In this document: positions 23,516 to 35,627 of the stretch, in pieces
Layout: the number at the start of each line of letters is the position of its first letter
Numbering within the stretch: the stretch's first letter is position 1
Assembly: GCA_964016885.1 (NCBI GenBank)
Contig: OZ024751.1
Location: forward strand, 15,066,001 to 15,130,000
DNA from: Eledone cirrhosa
Taxonomy: Eukaryota
DNA length: 64,000 bases
Direction of reading: 5' to 3'
Position numbers and translations under genes: made by a program
The notes under the pieces: model-generated
Seen by the model: only the letters and a program-made list of their open reading frames with translations
What the model was told of the DNA's origin: nothing
Databases searched by the model: none

Positions 23516-24641
23516 GTGAGATGTCAGCTGGTTTTATTATTTTTGTTGTATTTAATATTGATGATCCCATATAGGGTTAGCTTATGGGGTCGATGAAATA
23601 AAGTACCAGTAATGCACTGGGGTCGATTTAATCAACTTTCCCCCAAACTGTTGGCCTTACGTCTAAATTAGAAACCATTATTTTTGTTGTGTTTACTGAG
23701 ATTAACACCCTGTGTGTGTCTGATTTGGCTTAGTGGTTAGAGAAATAGATTCACAATTGTGAGGTTGAGTTTAATTCCTGAGACAGGCGATATGTTATGT
23801 CCTTGAGCAAGTTACTTTGTTTCATGTTATTCCTTCTACCAAGAGTTGCAACCAGGAGATAATATCATAAATTGTTTCCTTGGTCCAATCTGACGAGTTC
23901 CACCCCACTCAGCAAGCGGTTGAGGCCTAGATAAAGGGGGTTAGAGCCAGGAAGGATATCTGGCTGTAAAACATTGTCTTAGAAATGACCCCATGATAAG
24001 TATTAAATCTGTAAACACTTACTATTAATGAGATCAACACCTTTTTGTCTTTGTTATTTTATACTATGATCAACAACAGGCAACTGGCTGCAGTGGTTAA
24101 CACTCTTCTGTATAGTGTGGTTAACATACTAATAACTGTAACTAACATCACAGAAACTATAATGTGAACCTAAATACATATTTCTACTTGATTTTGTGTC
24201 ACTGTTCACCCAAGACGGGTTGAACTGGCTTCAACCAAAGAATCCAGAACACTGTCAACAGATACCAGATTTTTCTGGCACAATCGATCTCTGACCTAGA
24301 CCAGAGCTGACTCTGATGACAGACTGCAGCACACATGTGCAGTTGATGCACACATATACCTCGTTTTTACTTTGGTCTTTAACAGTGAAGGTAATGCAGA
24401 GATATTTCTGTTGATCAACTTCTTCCAGAATCTCTCTGGAGACTCTTTTAGTAGGCAAGATGCCAGCAGATACTATCTTTGAATCTAGAATGTTCTCAGT
24501 AGGAGTCTGGTTCTTCTGTGTTCAGATCTGGTGTACATGTGTGTGTGACAGATGAAGAGAATTAGTGAACCATTGAAATTATATTAAGTCAAATCTGATT
24601 GATTTTCATTTGGCATCACTGTTGCTGTGGCACTGTGTGTG

Positions 24642-24696
<55 letters not shown>

Positions 24697-24999
24697 CGTG
24701 TGTGATGCAATTAGATTTTTAAAAATTCTTTTTGCACACAAATAGCTGAAACTCAAGTGAATGTCTTCACGGGTTGCCGTTATAATATTTCTTCTTAGAT
24801 AGGCACAATTGGTAGAGTGTTGGACTAAATGCCTTAGTAGTATTTGTTCATGCTCTTTATATTCTGTTGCTCGAATCACACTGAGGTCAACTTTACTTTT
24901 TATCTTTCTGGGATCAATAAAATAAAATACCAGTCACATACTGGGATTGGTATAATCTACTTTGCCTTCTCTGTTATCTTTTATTCTGTGGTATTGTAG

Positions 25000-25119
25000 G
25001 GAAACAGCAGTGCTTTAGATCACCTGTTATATGTGTGGGACCACTTTGTGGTGACAGCAAAAGCAAAACATGTTGCTATCATCTGCCACAGTTATGGTGG
25101 TGTGGCCACTGCCAAATTG
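25000..25119 (+). CDS. FAM172A: FAM172A-like exon 8 (nucleophile elbow HSYGG)
   Basis: GNSSALDHLLYVWDHFVVTAKAKHVAIICHSYGGVATAKL; TAG/GTGAGT boundaries. Confidence 0.95.
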
Positions 25120-25499
25120 GTGAGTAATTATTATTTACATATTATATTTTGTTTATTATCATCATCATCATCAACACTACCACCATCATCAACACTACCA
25201 CCACCATCGTTTAACAGCTGTTTTTTTTCCCTGCTAGCAAGGCCTGGACTTTTGTCACAGACCAGTCAGTACTCAAGTAGAGCTACTGACATTTCAGATA
25301 GTGATGTTTGGTACTCCTTCCATCTATTTGATGATGTTTGGTACTCCTTCCATCTATTTGATGATGATGTTTGGTACTCCTTCAGTCTATTTGTTGTTGA
25401 TAAATGTTTGGTACTATTTCAGTCTAGATGATGATGATGAATGAAGATTTTTGTAATCTGTCAGTCTATATGGTGATGATGATCATGGTAAAAGGTTGC

Positions 25500-27655
25500 A
25501 ATTGTTTGGTACTCCTGTTTATATAATGATGATGATGATGGTAGTTGTTTGGTAGTTCTGTTTATATAATGATGATGATGATGGTAGTTGTTTGGTAGTC
25601 CTGTTTATATAATGATGATGATGATGGTAGTTTGGTAGTCCTGTTTATATACGGATGATGATGGTGGTAGTTGTTTGGTAGTCCTGTTTATATAATATAA
25701 TAATAATGAAATTATTGTGTACAGTGCTCAGGTGCACTACAACTCATCAAAGGTGCATGTATAGTACATAGAATAATGTACAAATGTCAGGAAAATAAAC
25801 AGTGTATGAGTCATGATATAATAATAACAATAAAGAAATATTGTGTACAGTGCCCAGGTGCACCACAACTCATCAAAAAAAAGTGCATGTACAGTACATA
25901 GGGCAATGCACAAACATCAGTAAAATGAACAGTGCACGAGTCATGATACACACATGTGTGCATGTGTATGGAAGGGGTACATCAGGTGTAGTTTTGGCGT
26001 ATTTCGGGAAGCATGAGTGTCTTAAAGGATGCAGTGTCTCGGCAGCTAACAATTGACGCAGGCAGTTTGTTCCATGCTTCAGCAACTCTGAGCGTGAAAA
26101 AATGTCTGCGAAAGTCATGGGAGCTGTGCTGTTTTCTTATCTTGTAGGCATGTCCACGTGTGTTAGACACATGGAGATCAAAGAGGCGCTCAGGGTTGCA
26201 GTTGGCGAGATGGTTAAAAACTTTGTGGGTATTCACCAAGTCCATTGCCAGACGTCGGAGCTTCAATGAATCCATGCCCAGGGAAGCAAGGCATTCAGAG
26301 TATGGTAGGTGTCTGATGGAGGGTATGCGCTTGGTTGCACGTCTCTGAACAGTTTCCAGGAGGTCAATGTTCCGAGCAAGATAGAGGTTCCAGACTGATG
26401 ATGCGAATTCCAAGTGTGGTCGCACCATAGCTGTATACAGTTTTAAATAGATGGCTGGAGAGCGGCTAACAAAAGTCTTGCTGAGTGATGCCAAGACACC
26501 CTCGGCCTTCTTGACAATCTTAGAGACATGCTTTGTCCAACGCATGATGATGATGATGGTAGTTTGGTAGTTCTGTTTATATAATGATGATGATGGTAGT
26601 TGTTTGGTAGTCCTGTTTATATAATGATGATGATGATGGTAGTTGTTTGGTAGTCCTGTTTATATAATGATGATGATGATGGTAGTTTGGTAGTTCTGTT
26701 TATATAATGATGATGATGGTAGTTGTTTGGTAGTCCTGTTTATATAATGATGATGATGATGGTAGTTGTTTGGTAGTCTTGTTTATATAATGATGATGAT
26801 GATGGTAGTTGTTTGGTAGTCTTGTTTATATAATGATGATGATGATGGTAGTTGTTTGGTAGTCCTGTTTATATAATGATGATGATGATGGTAGTTGTTT
26901 GGTAGTCCTGTTTATATAATGATGATGATGGTAGTTGTTTGGTAGTCCTGTTTATATAATGATGATGATGATGGTAGTTCGGTAGTTCTGTTTATATAAT
27001 GATGATGATGGTAGTTGTTTGGTAGTCCTGTTTATATAATGATGATGATGATGATGATGATGGTAGTTTGGTAGTTCTGTTTATATAATGATGATGATGG
27101 TAGTTGTTTGGTAGTCCTGTTTATATAATGATGATGATGATGATGATGATGGTAGTTTGGTAGTTCTGTTTATATAATGATGATGGTGGTAGTTGTTTGG
27201 TAGTCCTGTTTATATAATGATGATGATGATGGTAGTTGTTTGGTAGTCCTGTTTATATAATGATGATAATGATGGTAGTTTGGTAGTCCTGTTTATATAA
27301 TGATGATGGTGGTAGTTGTTTGGTAGTCCTGTTTATATAATGATGATGATGATGGTAGTTGTTTGGTAGTCCTGTTTATATAATGATGATGGTGGTAGTT
27401 GTTTGGTAGTCCTGTTTATATAATGATGATGATGATGGTAGTTGTTTGGTAGTCCTGTTTATGACTACCATCGTAATTGTTTGGTAGACCTGTTTATATG
27501 ACTATGATGATGATGGTAATTGTTTGGTAGTCGTTTATATGACTATGATGATGATGGTAATTGTTTGGTAGTCCTGTTTATATGACTATGATGATGATGG
27601 TAATTGTTTGGTAGTCCTGTTTATATGACTATGATGATGATGATGGTGGATGTTT
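25500..27655. repeat. ~37-46-bp minisatellite with variable (GAT)n, split by a CR1 insertion
   Basis: GGTAG(TTG)TTTGGTAGTCCTGTTTATATAAT(GAT)n units at 25500-25700 and 26545-27655. Confidence 0.95.
25695..26545 (-). mobile_element. 5'-truncated CR1-clade LINE with a duplicated 3'UTR end
   Basis: ORF 25982-26545 LYTAMVRPHLEFASSVWN...VQRRATK...TRGHAYKI...FFTLRVAEAWNKLP; 3'UTR repeated at ~25709-25820; same tail also at ~17633-17725 and ~47175-47400. Confidence 0.93.
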
Positions 27656-27700
27656 CGTAGTCCTTCAGTCTAATCGAAGGATCTTTATATTTATTTTCAG

Positions 27701-27808
27701 GCCAACCAAAGGAGGAATTTCTTATCAAGGGTCTCTGCTGTGGCTTTTACTGATTCTATGCCTGACAGTTATATCTATGATGCTGATGTCAAAGAATTCT
27801 TCAAAAAG
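27701..27808 (+). CDS. FAM172A: FAM172A-like exon 9
   Basis: ANQRRNFLSRVSAVAFTDSMPDSYIYDADVKEFFKK versus human KVTAVALTDSVH. Confidence 0.93.
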
Positions 27809-28004
27809 GTTAGTTCTATGTCTGTCTACTGACATACCACAATGTAATTAGACAGTAATTGTTAAAAATATAATAACAAAGATGTTGGGATATTACCTTG
27901 TAGTTGTTTAATACTCCTTATATTTTGGAAAATGACAGCTTCTAATGATGCAGGGACTTTACCTGAAGATATACAAACCAATTGTAAAATACCATCCCAA
28001 TATA

Positions 28005-28734
28005 TAGGGTGTGGACGATATTTGTTCGCAATTTTCAACTGCTAATTTTATGCAAATTTTTTTTACTTCCGTTGTCACTCTTGTCTTCATAAAAACAGTG
28101 ACTATATTTCCATTATTTATTTTCAGAATAATTGATTATGAATAATTTTGAACCTCCAAATTTGTGGAAGAGACACGGAGTTCTTCTTGGAATCCGCGCC
28201 GGGAGGACAAATAAAGACCAGAAGATCAACTCCCAGAACAACAGGTGGCTCGCTGTCTCATCCAAAGACGTGCCCAGAGTCATGCAGACAAAGTTTCCAG
28301 CGACAACATTAGTCTTAGGTGCCGTCATGCCACCTCACTTCCCTGAGGGCCTCAAGCTGAACACCGATGGCTACATCCGCGTTCTGAGTGAGGTAGTAAA
28401 GCCCTGGATCGACCAGGTAGCTGCAGGTAGGCCGTACGTGTGGCAGCAAGACTCAGTGCCCTGCCATACCAGCCGAAAAACCCAAGCCTGGCTGTCAGAG
28501 AACTTCGTCGATCACACTTCACCTAACATCTGGCCTCCCAGCTCGCCTGACTGCAACGCCCTCAACTTCTTTGTGTGGGGCGCAGTGGAACGAGACACCA
28601 ACAGATCTATCGAGTGAGATTTGAAAGAACAAGTCATGAAGACAAACTGACCCAAGTTTGATAAATATATCTTAAAAAATAAAACTACTGTGTTACTTTT
28701 TCCTAGACAGTAATCTTGCGAACACATATCGTCC
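28005..28734 (+). mobile_element. Defective Tc1/mariner, DD37D (maT/Bmmar1-like)
   Basis: WQQD-x37-N (third Asp mutated) with WPPSSPDCN; TIR GGACGATATTTGTTCGCAA / TTGCGAACACATATCGTCC, right end cut by a SINE fragment. Confidence 0.85.
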
Positions 28735-29259
28735 GGGGATCGATAAAATAAAGTACCAGTAATGCACTGGGATAATTGCTGGCCTTGTGCCAAAAGTAGA
28801 AACAATTATATTTTTAACAATTAATCTCCAATTTACACTATAGTAACCTTCTAACATAGGCGGCGAATTGGCAGATTCTATAGAACCTTGGATAGAATGC
28901 TTTATGGTATTCATTTTGGCTCTCTGAGTTCAAATCCTGCCGAGGTCAACTTTGCATTTCATCCTTTCAAAGTCGATGAAAAAAGTACCAAGCTAATACT
29001 TAATACTTGAGTAGATTCTTCCTCTATATCTCTGTCTCATTTCCTCTTTCTCTGGAAGAAATCTGCTGTACTCAGGCCAGGAGAGGGATGGACTCCACCA
29101 GGCTTAAAATGCCCAAGAAATACTGTATGTCAATATGGCACCCCTACAACTCTATCAGGAGTTACGGGTCCATACATACACACATTCTAATAAAACACTA
29201 TTTTCTACATTTTGCACAATATTTTAAGTAAACTACAACACACAAAAAGAAATATTTAA

Positions 29260-29467
29260 CCCTTTAGCATTTAAACCGGCCATATCTGGCTAGAATTCTC
29301 TCACCTCTTTCTGTTCAAACCGGCCATAACCAGATGCTCATACTTATGTTACGGTATTGTTCTCAAAATAAATAATATCAAAATTTCGTAGATTCGATAT
29401 TATGTCAGATAAAGTGTTTACTGTGAAAATACAATAGTAAATATAGAATAATGTAAATGCTAAAGGG
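29260..29467 (+). mobile_element. piggyBac-type MITE (~200-220 bp); other copies 22187-22383, 42372-42583, 44388-44596, 46006-46214, 50780-51000
   Basis: TTAA|CCCTTTAGCATTTA ... TAAATGCTAAAGGG|TTAA: 14-bp TIR, TTAA TSD, conserved interior. Confidence 0.9.
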
Positions 29468-29511
29468 TTAAATAAAAATATGTAATGTTAATCTTCATAT
29501 TCAATTTGTAG

Positions 29512-29599
29512 AAAAGTCGTAACTGGGTTGCCAGTAAAGAAACAATTGATACAGTAGTAAACTCCTCCTTCAGTTCTACAGTTCCTAAAGTATCAGCAG
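29512..29599 (+). CDS. FAM172A: FAM172A-like exon 10
   Basis: KSRNWVASKETIDTVVNSSFSSTVPKVSA(G) versus human NWVSSSEPLDT...PRVSAG; GTAAGG donor. Confidence 0.93.
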
Positions 29600-30429
29600 G
29601 TAAGGTATTGCTTCCTATTTCTTTCTTTATTAGACAAAGAACAGATAAGGTGAGGTGGATTGGGCATAGAAGGGAATCAGATGTAGTGTGCAAGAGTGGA
29701 GAAGATTGTATTGTTATTATAGTATTGCAGGCTATATGTTTGGATGGTGATTGTTGAGTGAAAGAGTGCCAGGAGTTCGAAGTGGAAGGGAGCTGCAGGA
29801 CAGGAAGACCAAGGAAACCTGGGCAGAAGTGGTGAGGACTGATTTCAACCAAGATGACAACAAAACAATGTAATAAATGAAGGAAAGCAATGCTGGTGAA
29901 GACCCACTCAACCATTGCAAATATGGAAAAGCAATGTAAAAATAATGATTGCAATGGTCATTTAATGTATAAACTATGTTACAGGTTTATATATTAGTAT
30001 AAAATGCACCCAGCTCACTCTGTAAAGTGGTAGTGTTGGTGCCATGATGAAAAACACCTGGTCTACCCTGTAGAGTAATAGTGCTAGAGACATTAATAAA
30101 ATGCTCCCAGTACATGCTGTAAAGTGGTTTGCATTAGGAAAAGTATCCAGTTGTAGAAACCAAGTGAAAATGGAACATATGAGCAAGGCATGGTCACCTG
30201 ACTAGTTCAGCCTCAGAACGTAACAACTTGTCTAACCGATGTATGCATGGAAAATAGAGATTAAATGGTGATAATGATGATGATGACAGTGGTGGTGGGC
30301 TGATGAAATCATTGTCACCATTTAACATCTTTTTTTTCCATGCTAGCAAAGGGGGACAGTAGTCTAGAAATGTTTAGGGAATTCTGTTATACTAATTCAA
30401 ATAGATGTTTTTCTTATTCTATTAGTTTG

Positions 30430-30460
<31 letters not shown>

Positions 30461-30499
30461 GAATCACTCTATTGAAGATATTTCTCCTTTCTTTAACAG

Positions 30500-30597
30500 G
30501 ACATACAAAACACGAAATGACTTCATGGTCAAGTATCAACTCTATATTTAAATACCTGAACGAAAAGATTCCGGACACTTCTAAAGTTGAGCTTTAA
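30500..30597 (+). CDS. FAM172A: FAM172A-like last coding exon
   Basis: GHTKHEMTSWSSINSIFKYLNEKIPDTSKVEL* versus human GTDRHELTSWKSFPSIFKFF; TAA at 30595-30597; AATAAA at ~30768. Confidence 0.94.
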
Positions 30598-32859
30598 ATA
30601 ATTACCTCCAATCACAATCAGCAACAACACCAAATTCAGTGCCTATGCATTACCTAATTGGTTTAATTACCCTCTGTTCCTGCCCCCACGCCCTTTGTTG
30701 TACATACCACCACCACCTCTTCCATCAATGATATAAAGCTTTGTTGAGCAGTTCCACCATTTCAGCCAATAAATGGGAACACCAAGAAACTTCTATCAAG
30801 TTATGGTCGGTTTCTTGTAACGATTGCCGATTTAGGCACAAGGCCAGCAATTTGACAGAGGGGGGGGGGGGTCAATTATATCGACACCCCACCCCCATCA
30901 ATTGACTGGTACTTTATTCTATCAACCCCCTGAAAGGATGAAAGGCAACGTTGACCTCAGCAGTATTTCTACACAGTATGTAGTAAAAGGGTTGTAACTA
31001 AATGCTAAAAAGCATTTTGCACCAATGCTCTACTGATTGCCCTTATTTCTTGTAATAATGCTTAGATGGTCAACTGCAGTGAGTCTCTCTCCTTCATTCC
31101 CCCTCCCTCTCCTTGTACAAAGATTCACCAATGTTTTTGCTATTCTACATAATATTCTTGATGCAGCAGAAATCTGAAAAAATTGGTTTTGATTTTTTAC
31201 TAAAAACATTTTTTTAGTTCTTTATAAGTTTATAAAGTTTCTTTATAATTCATTAATATACATACATGTATACATAGGAAATAAAAGGGTTGATAGTGTA
31301 AAATTACACACACACATACACCAGGTCTCCCACCCTTCCCATCTCTCACTATTATAAGCAATTCATTAATTCATGGAAGGTTTAAAGTGGTGGACATTGT
31401 CTCCTGCATTTGGAGACAGAGTACAACAGCACCTTCAGTGGTAGACTTTCATTACACTTGAGAATTTTGTTGAATGGAAATTACTGGGTTTCTTTTTAAA
31501 ATGCATTATGAAATAACTTTTTGTTCAAGATTATTTCTAAAAACTGGTGATTTCATAACAGGAGATGCATAGACATCTATCTTTCCAGGGAAGAGGTCAA
31601 CTCATTTGAATTATTCGATATATTACTGGTACTTTCATTAAAATTAGCCCATGTGGCTCTATTATCTGTCATCTTCAATATTACACCTGGGGAATGGGAA
31701 GTTGTGATGTTCCAGCCTTTCTTAATACATGTGAAAAGAAATAACCACAGATTGTATTACAGTTGATAATATGGACTGGCACCATCTAGTTGGATCTTGA
31801 GCTAATATTCTGGTCTTCGTATATATTGTGTCTGCCATCAGAATTATTGACTAGTTGACAATATCTACATCAGACGTCAGTGATGGGCAGCCTGTTTGTG
31901 TTGCTGTAAATGCACTGGTGGGAACCGGCTCAACATATCCTGGGTGATCACCGATACAAATAAATTAAGAGCACACAGGCTGACTTGAAATTGACACTAC
32001 ATCTATTAGAAGGTTGACCTAAGAATAAAGAATATTTGCTAAATATCCATCAACAGTATCCAAACACGATTCTCACTCTAGAATACAGTAAATCATCAGA
32101 AATATCAAATAAATAGTCAAGTAGGTTTGAATAAAACAGATTTATTTTACTTTTAAAAACATTATTTCATTGTCTTTTGAACAGAGTTGACTGAATATAT
32201 TACTGCCTCACCAAGAGTTATGATGATAGGATTAATTCAAATAGTTTGGATCACTAATGAATGTGTCTAAGAATGGATGACGGTTTAACAGGTACTAACC
32301 AATGGTTTCTGATTCAGGCACGAGGCCAACAATTTTTGAGGAAGGGAAATCAATTAAATTAACCCAAGTGCATTACTGCTACTTTATTTTATTGGCTCTG
32401 TTAGGATGAAAGGCAAAGCTAACTCCAGCAGGATTTGAACTCAGAACGTAAAGGACATAACTATTGCATAAAGCATGTTGTCCGACGGTCTACCAGTACT
32501 GCCAACCCACTGCCCAGGTACTAACCGATGATGAGAAATTTTGTAAAAATACAAAATTACAAAACCGTATAATCCCTAAATATTAGTTTATAATCTAAGA
32601 CAAATTCTTTATCAATTTAAAGTGGTGAACCTTACATGGTTCTAACTGAAATATCTATCTTAAGCAATGAGAAAATCAGACACATGCACTCTCAAATAAC
32701 TACCTTCAACTTGGAGATTTAGCTGATGGATGCTTGAGAAAAAAACAAAAAGAAACTACCATACAACTATTTTAAAAGCTGTATGATTTCATCTCACCCT
32801 GTACATGTCCGATTTAGAAGTTTGATGAATGTCTAGAGAGGCTCATCCTTTATCTAAGG

Positions 32860-33013
32860 CAGGGTTTCCAAAACTTCTTCAAACGCGGAACCCTTTTTGG
32901 TTCAGAAACTTTTTAAAAATCTAATATTGTTATATGGTCATAATATACATATACTCTACTTTTTTCATGGAACACCAGGCACTCTTTTGCGGAACCCACT
33001 TTGGGAACCACCA
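32860..33013. mobile_element. hAT (Charlie-like) MITE
   Basis: CAGGGTTTCCAAAAC ... CTTTGGGAACCACCA termini, internal GCGGAACCC repeats and an 8-bp TSD ATCTAAGG/ATCTAAGA. Confidence 0.7.
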
Positions 33014-35056
33014 ATCTAAGATATATAAATAAGCTACCTTGGTACTACTTGTGTGTTCAAGTGTTGATTTAGAAGAAAAACACAACCCAGTGTCAGACGG
33101 AAGCCATTTTGAATGAATGCAATTTATCAGCATTGTGAATATTGTGTAGATGGAATATAATCATCATCCATATTTAGGTTTGATATTCAAAAGAGTCTGC
33201 CAACTGGAGAATCAAATTAAAAAGGAGGGGAAAAAACCTGATAGTTATTTTACATGGTTTATAAAAGGAATATTTTGTTGCAAGAGGGGCAGATTCACAT
33301 GACCCACACATTCTCCATATATATATAGTGGTAAAAAACTGGGAGGTTATATCCAAAGTTGATAAAGTATTTGGAGATAGAGTACAGCAGCTCCCTCACT
33401 AAGTATATATGTATAAATATAATCTGTAGATTCCCAAGTTGCGTCAGGGGTGGGGAGTAACTACAGTTAAAAAAGGTACTCAATACATTGGTTGAGTAGA
33501 GGCATCTTTATATATATATATAGACTTCTACAGGACAAGACTGTTTCATTTGAATGAAATCATCAGGAAATCCTGATGTTTCATTTGAATGAAACAGTTC
33601 TAGTCCAGTAGAAACCATTTCATTGCTATATATATATAAATCAGAATGGATGCAGTAAAAAAAAAAAGACCAATACTCACCAGAGTGGGTTATATATATA
33701 TATATATATATCGGACAGAGAGGAAAGGAGATATGCTCTCCATTTATATGTAGACACATACACACTAGTGAAACAGATATTTGAAACTACAATAATAAAT
33801 GATGAAAAGTTACTGTCCACTGGTGCTAAAAAACAAGACTCACAAGCTACAATTGATGGAAAAAAGAAAACTACAACAAATAGAATTTTTTAAAAAAAAT
33901 CAAATATGAAAAAAATTTAACATAAAATTACTTTATTTTGTAATTGAACAGGTGCTGACCTTAAACAATTTGACAGTTAAAAGAATCAGGTTTAAAAAAG
34001 AAAAAAAAAACTTTTGTTCAAAGATTGAAGTGAAATGGGTTTTTTAATAATTTTATAGATAGTATATGGTCAAATTAATTACCAAGTCATGATAAACACT
34101 TTTGTTCCATTGATGATACTGAACATTCCAGAAAATAAGTGTCCTTTCCCATCCCACCCCATATTTATCAGCCTCAGTTAAAGAAAAGAAAAGAAAAAAA
34201 CAAGGGGGTTTTTGAAGCTCCGCATGTTCAGCTGTTGGTAGCTTGAAATTTAAACAGAACATTGGTGTTGATGGTTAAACAATCTTAACATAACAGCTAT
34301 GTCAGCTGAGGAAATAGAGAAGTCACATGCAACCAAACACATACACACATGCATACAAACACACACACACACACGCACAAGTAATAATTGTTCAATTCCA
34401 TGTAAATTATTGAAAATTAAAAAAAAAAATGTTTCGGAAAATGTTTAATTAATCTCTTATAATAATAATAATAATAATAATAATTTCTGATTTAGGCACA
34501 ATGCCAACAATTTTGGGGGGAGGAGGAAGTCGATGGAATCAACTCCAGTGTATTACTGGTACTTTATTTTATCGATCCCGTAAGGATGAAAGGCAAAGTT
34601 AACCTCGGTGGGATTTGAATTCAGAACATAAAGGGCCGTAACTATGCTGCAAAGCATGGCGTCCGACCCTCTACCGATACTGCCAATCCACCGCCCTTAG
34701 TAATAATAAAGAAAATAATATGTTATGGGTATATTATTCGGCGTTGCAGATCCTCAGAATCAACACGATCATTACACACAAACCAGATTTCACATTTATT
34801 GAGGAGGCAACATGTCGGATATGAGTCTTCAGTTTAAAACAAATAATGTGAGGGGGTGGAGTGGGAGGGGGTCGTTAAAGATAAATTTTCATAGAAAAAA
34901 AAAAAGATTTTTTTAAATCCCCAAAATATTTAGCATGCAAAGCAGATTAAATAAAATTCTGTGAAATGTTTTCCGTTGAGTATATTTGACAGGGTGTTGA
35001 GGATTATGCTACAAAGTTAGTGAACCATTATTACAGATGCTGACATAGCTAAACTG

Positions 35057-35161
35057 TTAGACTCTCAGACCATCAGCACTAACATTACTGTTGAGATTTC
35101 TGTAAGCAATCACACCATGAGTCCGACAACAGAGAATACAAGTTGCAATCAATCCAATTAT
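35057..35161 (-). CDS. TSPAN3: Tetraspanin (TSPAN3-like) last coding exon
   Basis: IIGLIATCILCCRTHGVIAYRNLNSNVSADGLRV*: end of TM4, juxtamembrane Cys and a YRNL YxxPhi motif; poly-T CAG acceptor. Confidence 0.9.
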   Translation of the reverse strand: MIGLIATCILCCRTHGVIAYRNLNSNVSADGLRV

Positions 35162-35464
35162 CTGGAAAAAAAAAAAATCATAAAGTTAGAAAATAATATT
35201 GTGCAACATAGGGATCAGAAGATATAACAAAATATTCACTTAAACTGAATACATTTTATGATCATCATAGGAGACCAACTAAAGGTACATGAGCTGTAAC
35301 AACAACATGATAGGACTGGTGCCTCTATCATTAAAACACCTAAGAAACCTATTTGTTGCAACTTCATAGGACACTAGCTAAACCTACATTGGTGTGAGTA
35401 ATAACAAAACAATATAGCGTGGAAGATGGACGTTAAACAAAGATGATGATGATATATATATATA

Positions 35465-35627
35465 CCATATTTCCTGGCATCAAAAAAGCTACTTTTTTCC
35501 TAAGTTTCAAAAATCTACCATACGTCCTGGAGGTTGAAGGTTGTTTATTATTTTTTTTCAAATTTTTGGTTGTCAAAATTAGGGTGCATCCTGGAAGACG
35601 AAGCGTCTTGGGTGCCGGGAAATATGG
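35465..35627. mobile_element. Tc2/pogo-type MITE
   Basis: TA|CCATATTTCCTGGCATCAA ... TTGGGTGCCGGGAAATATGG TIRs. Confidence 0.7.
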
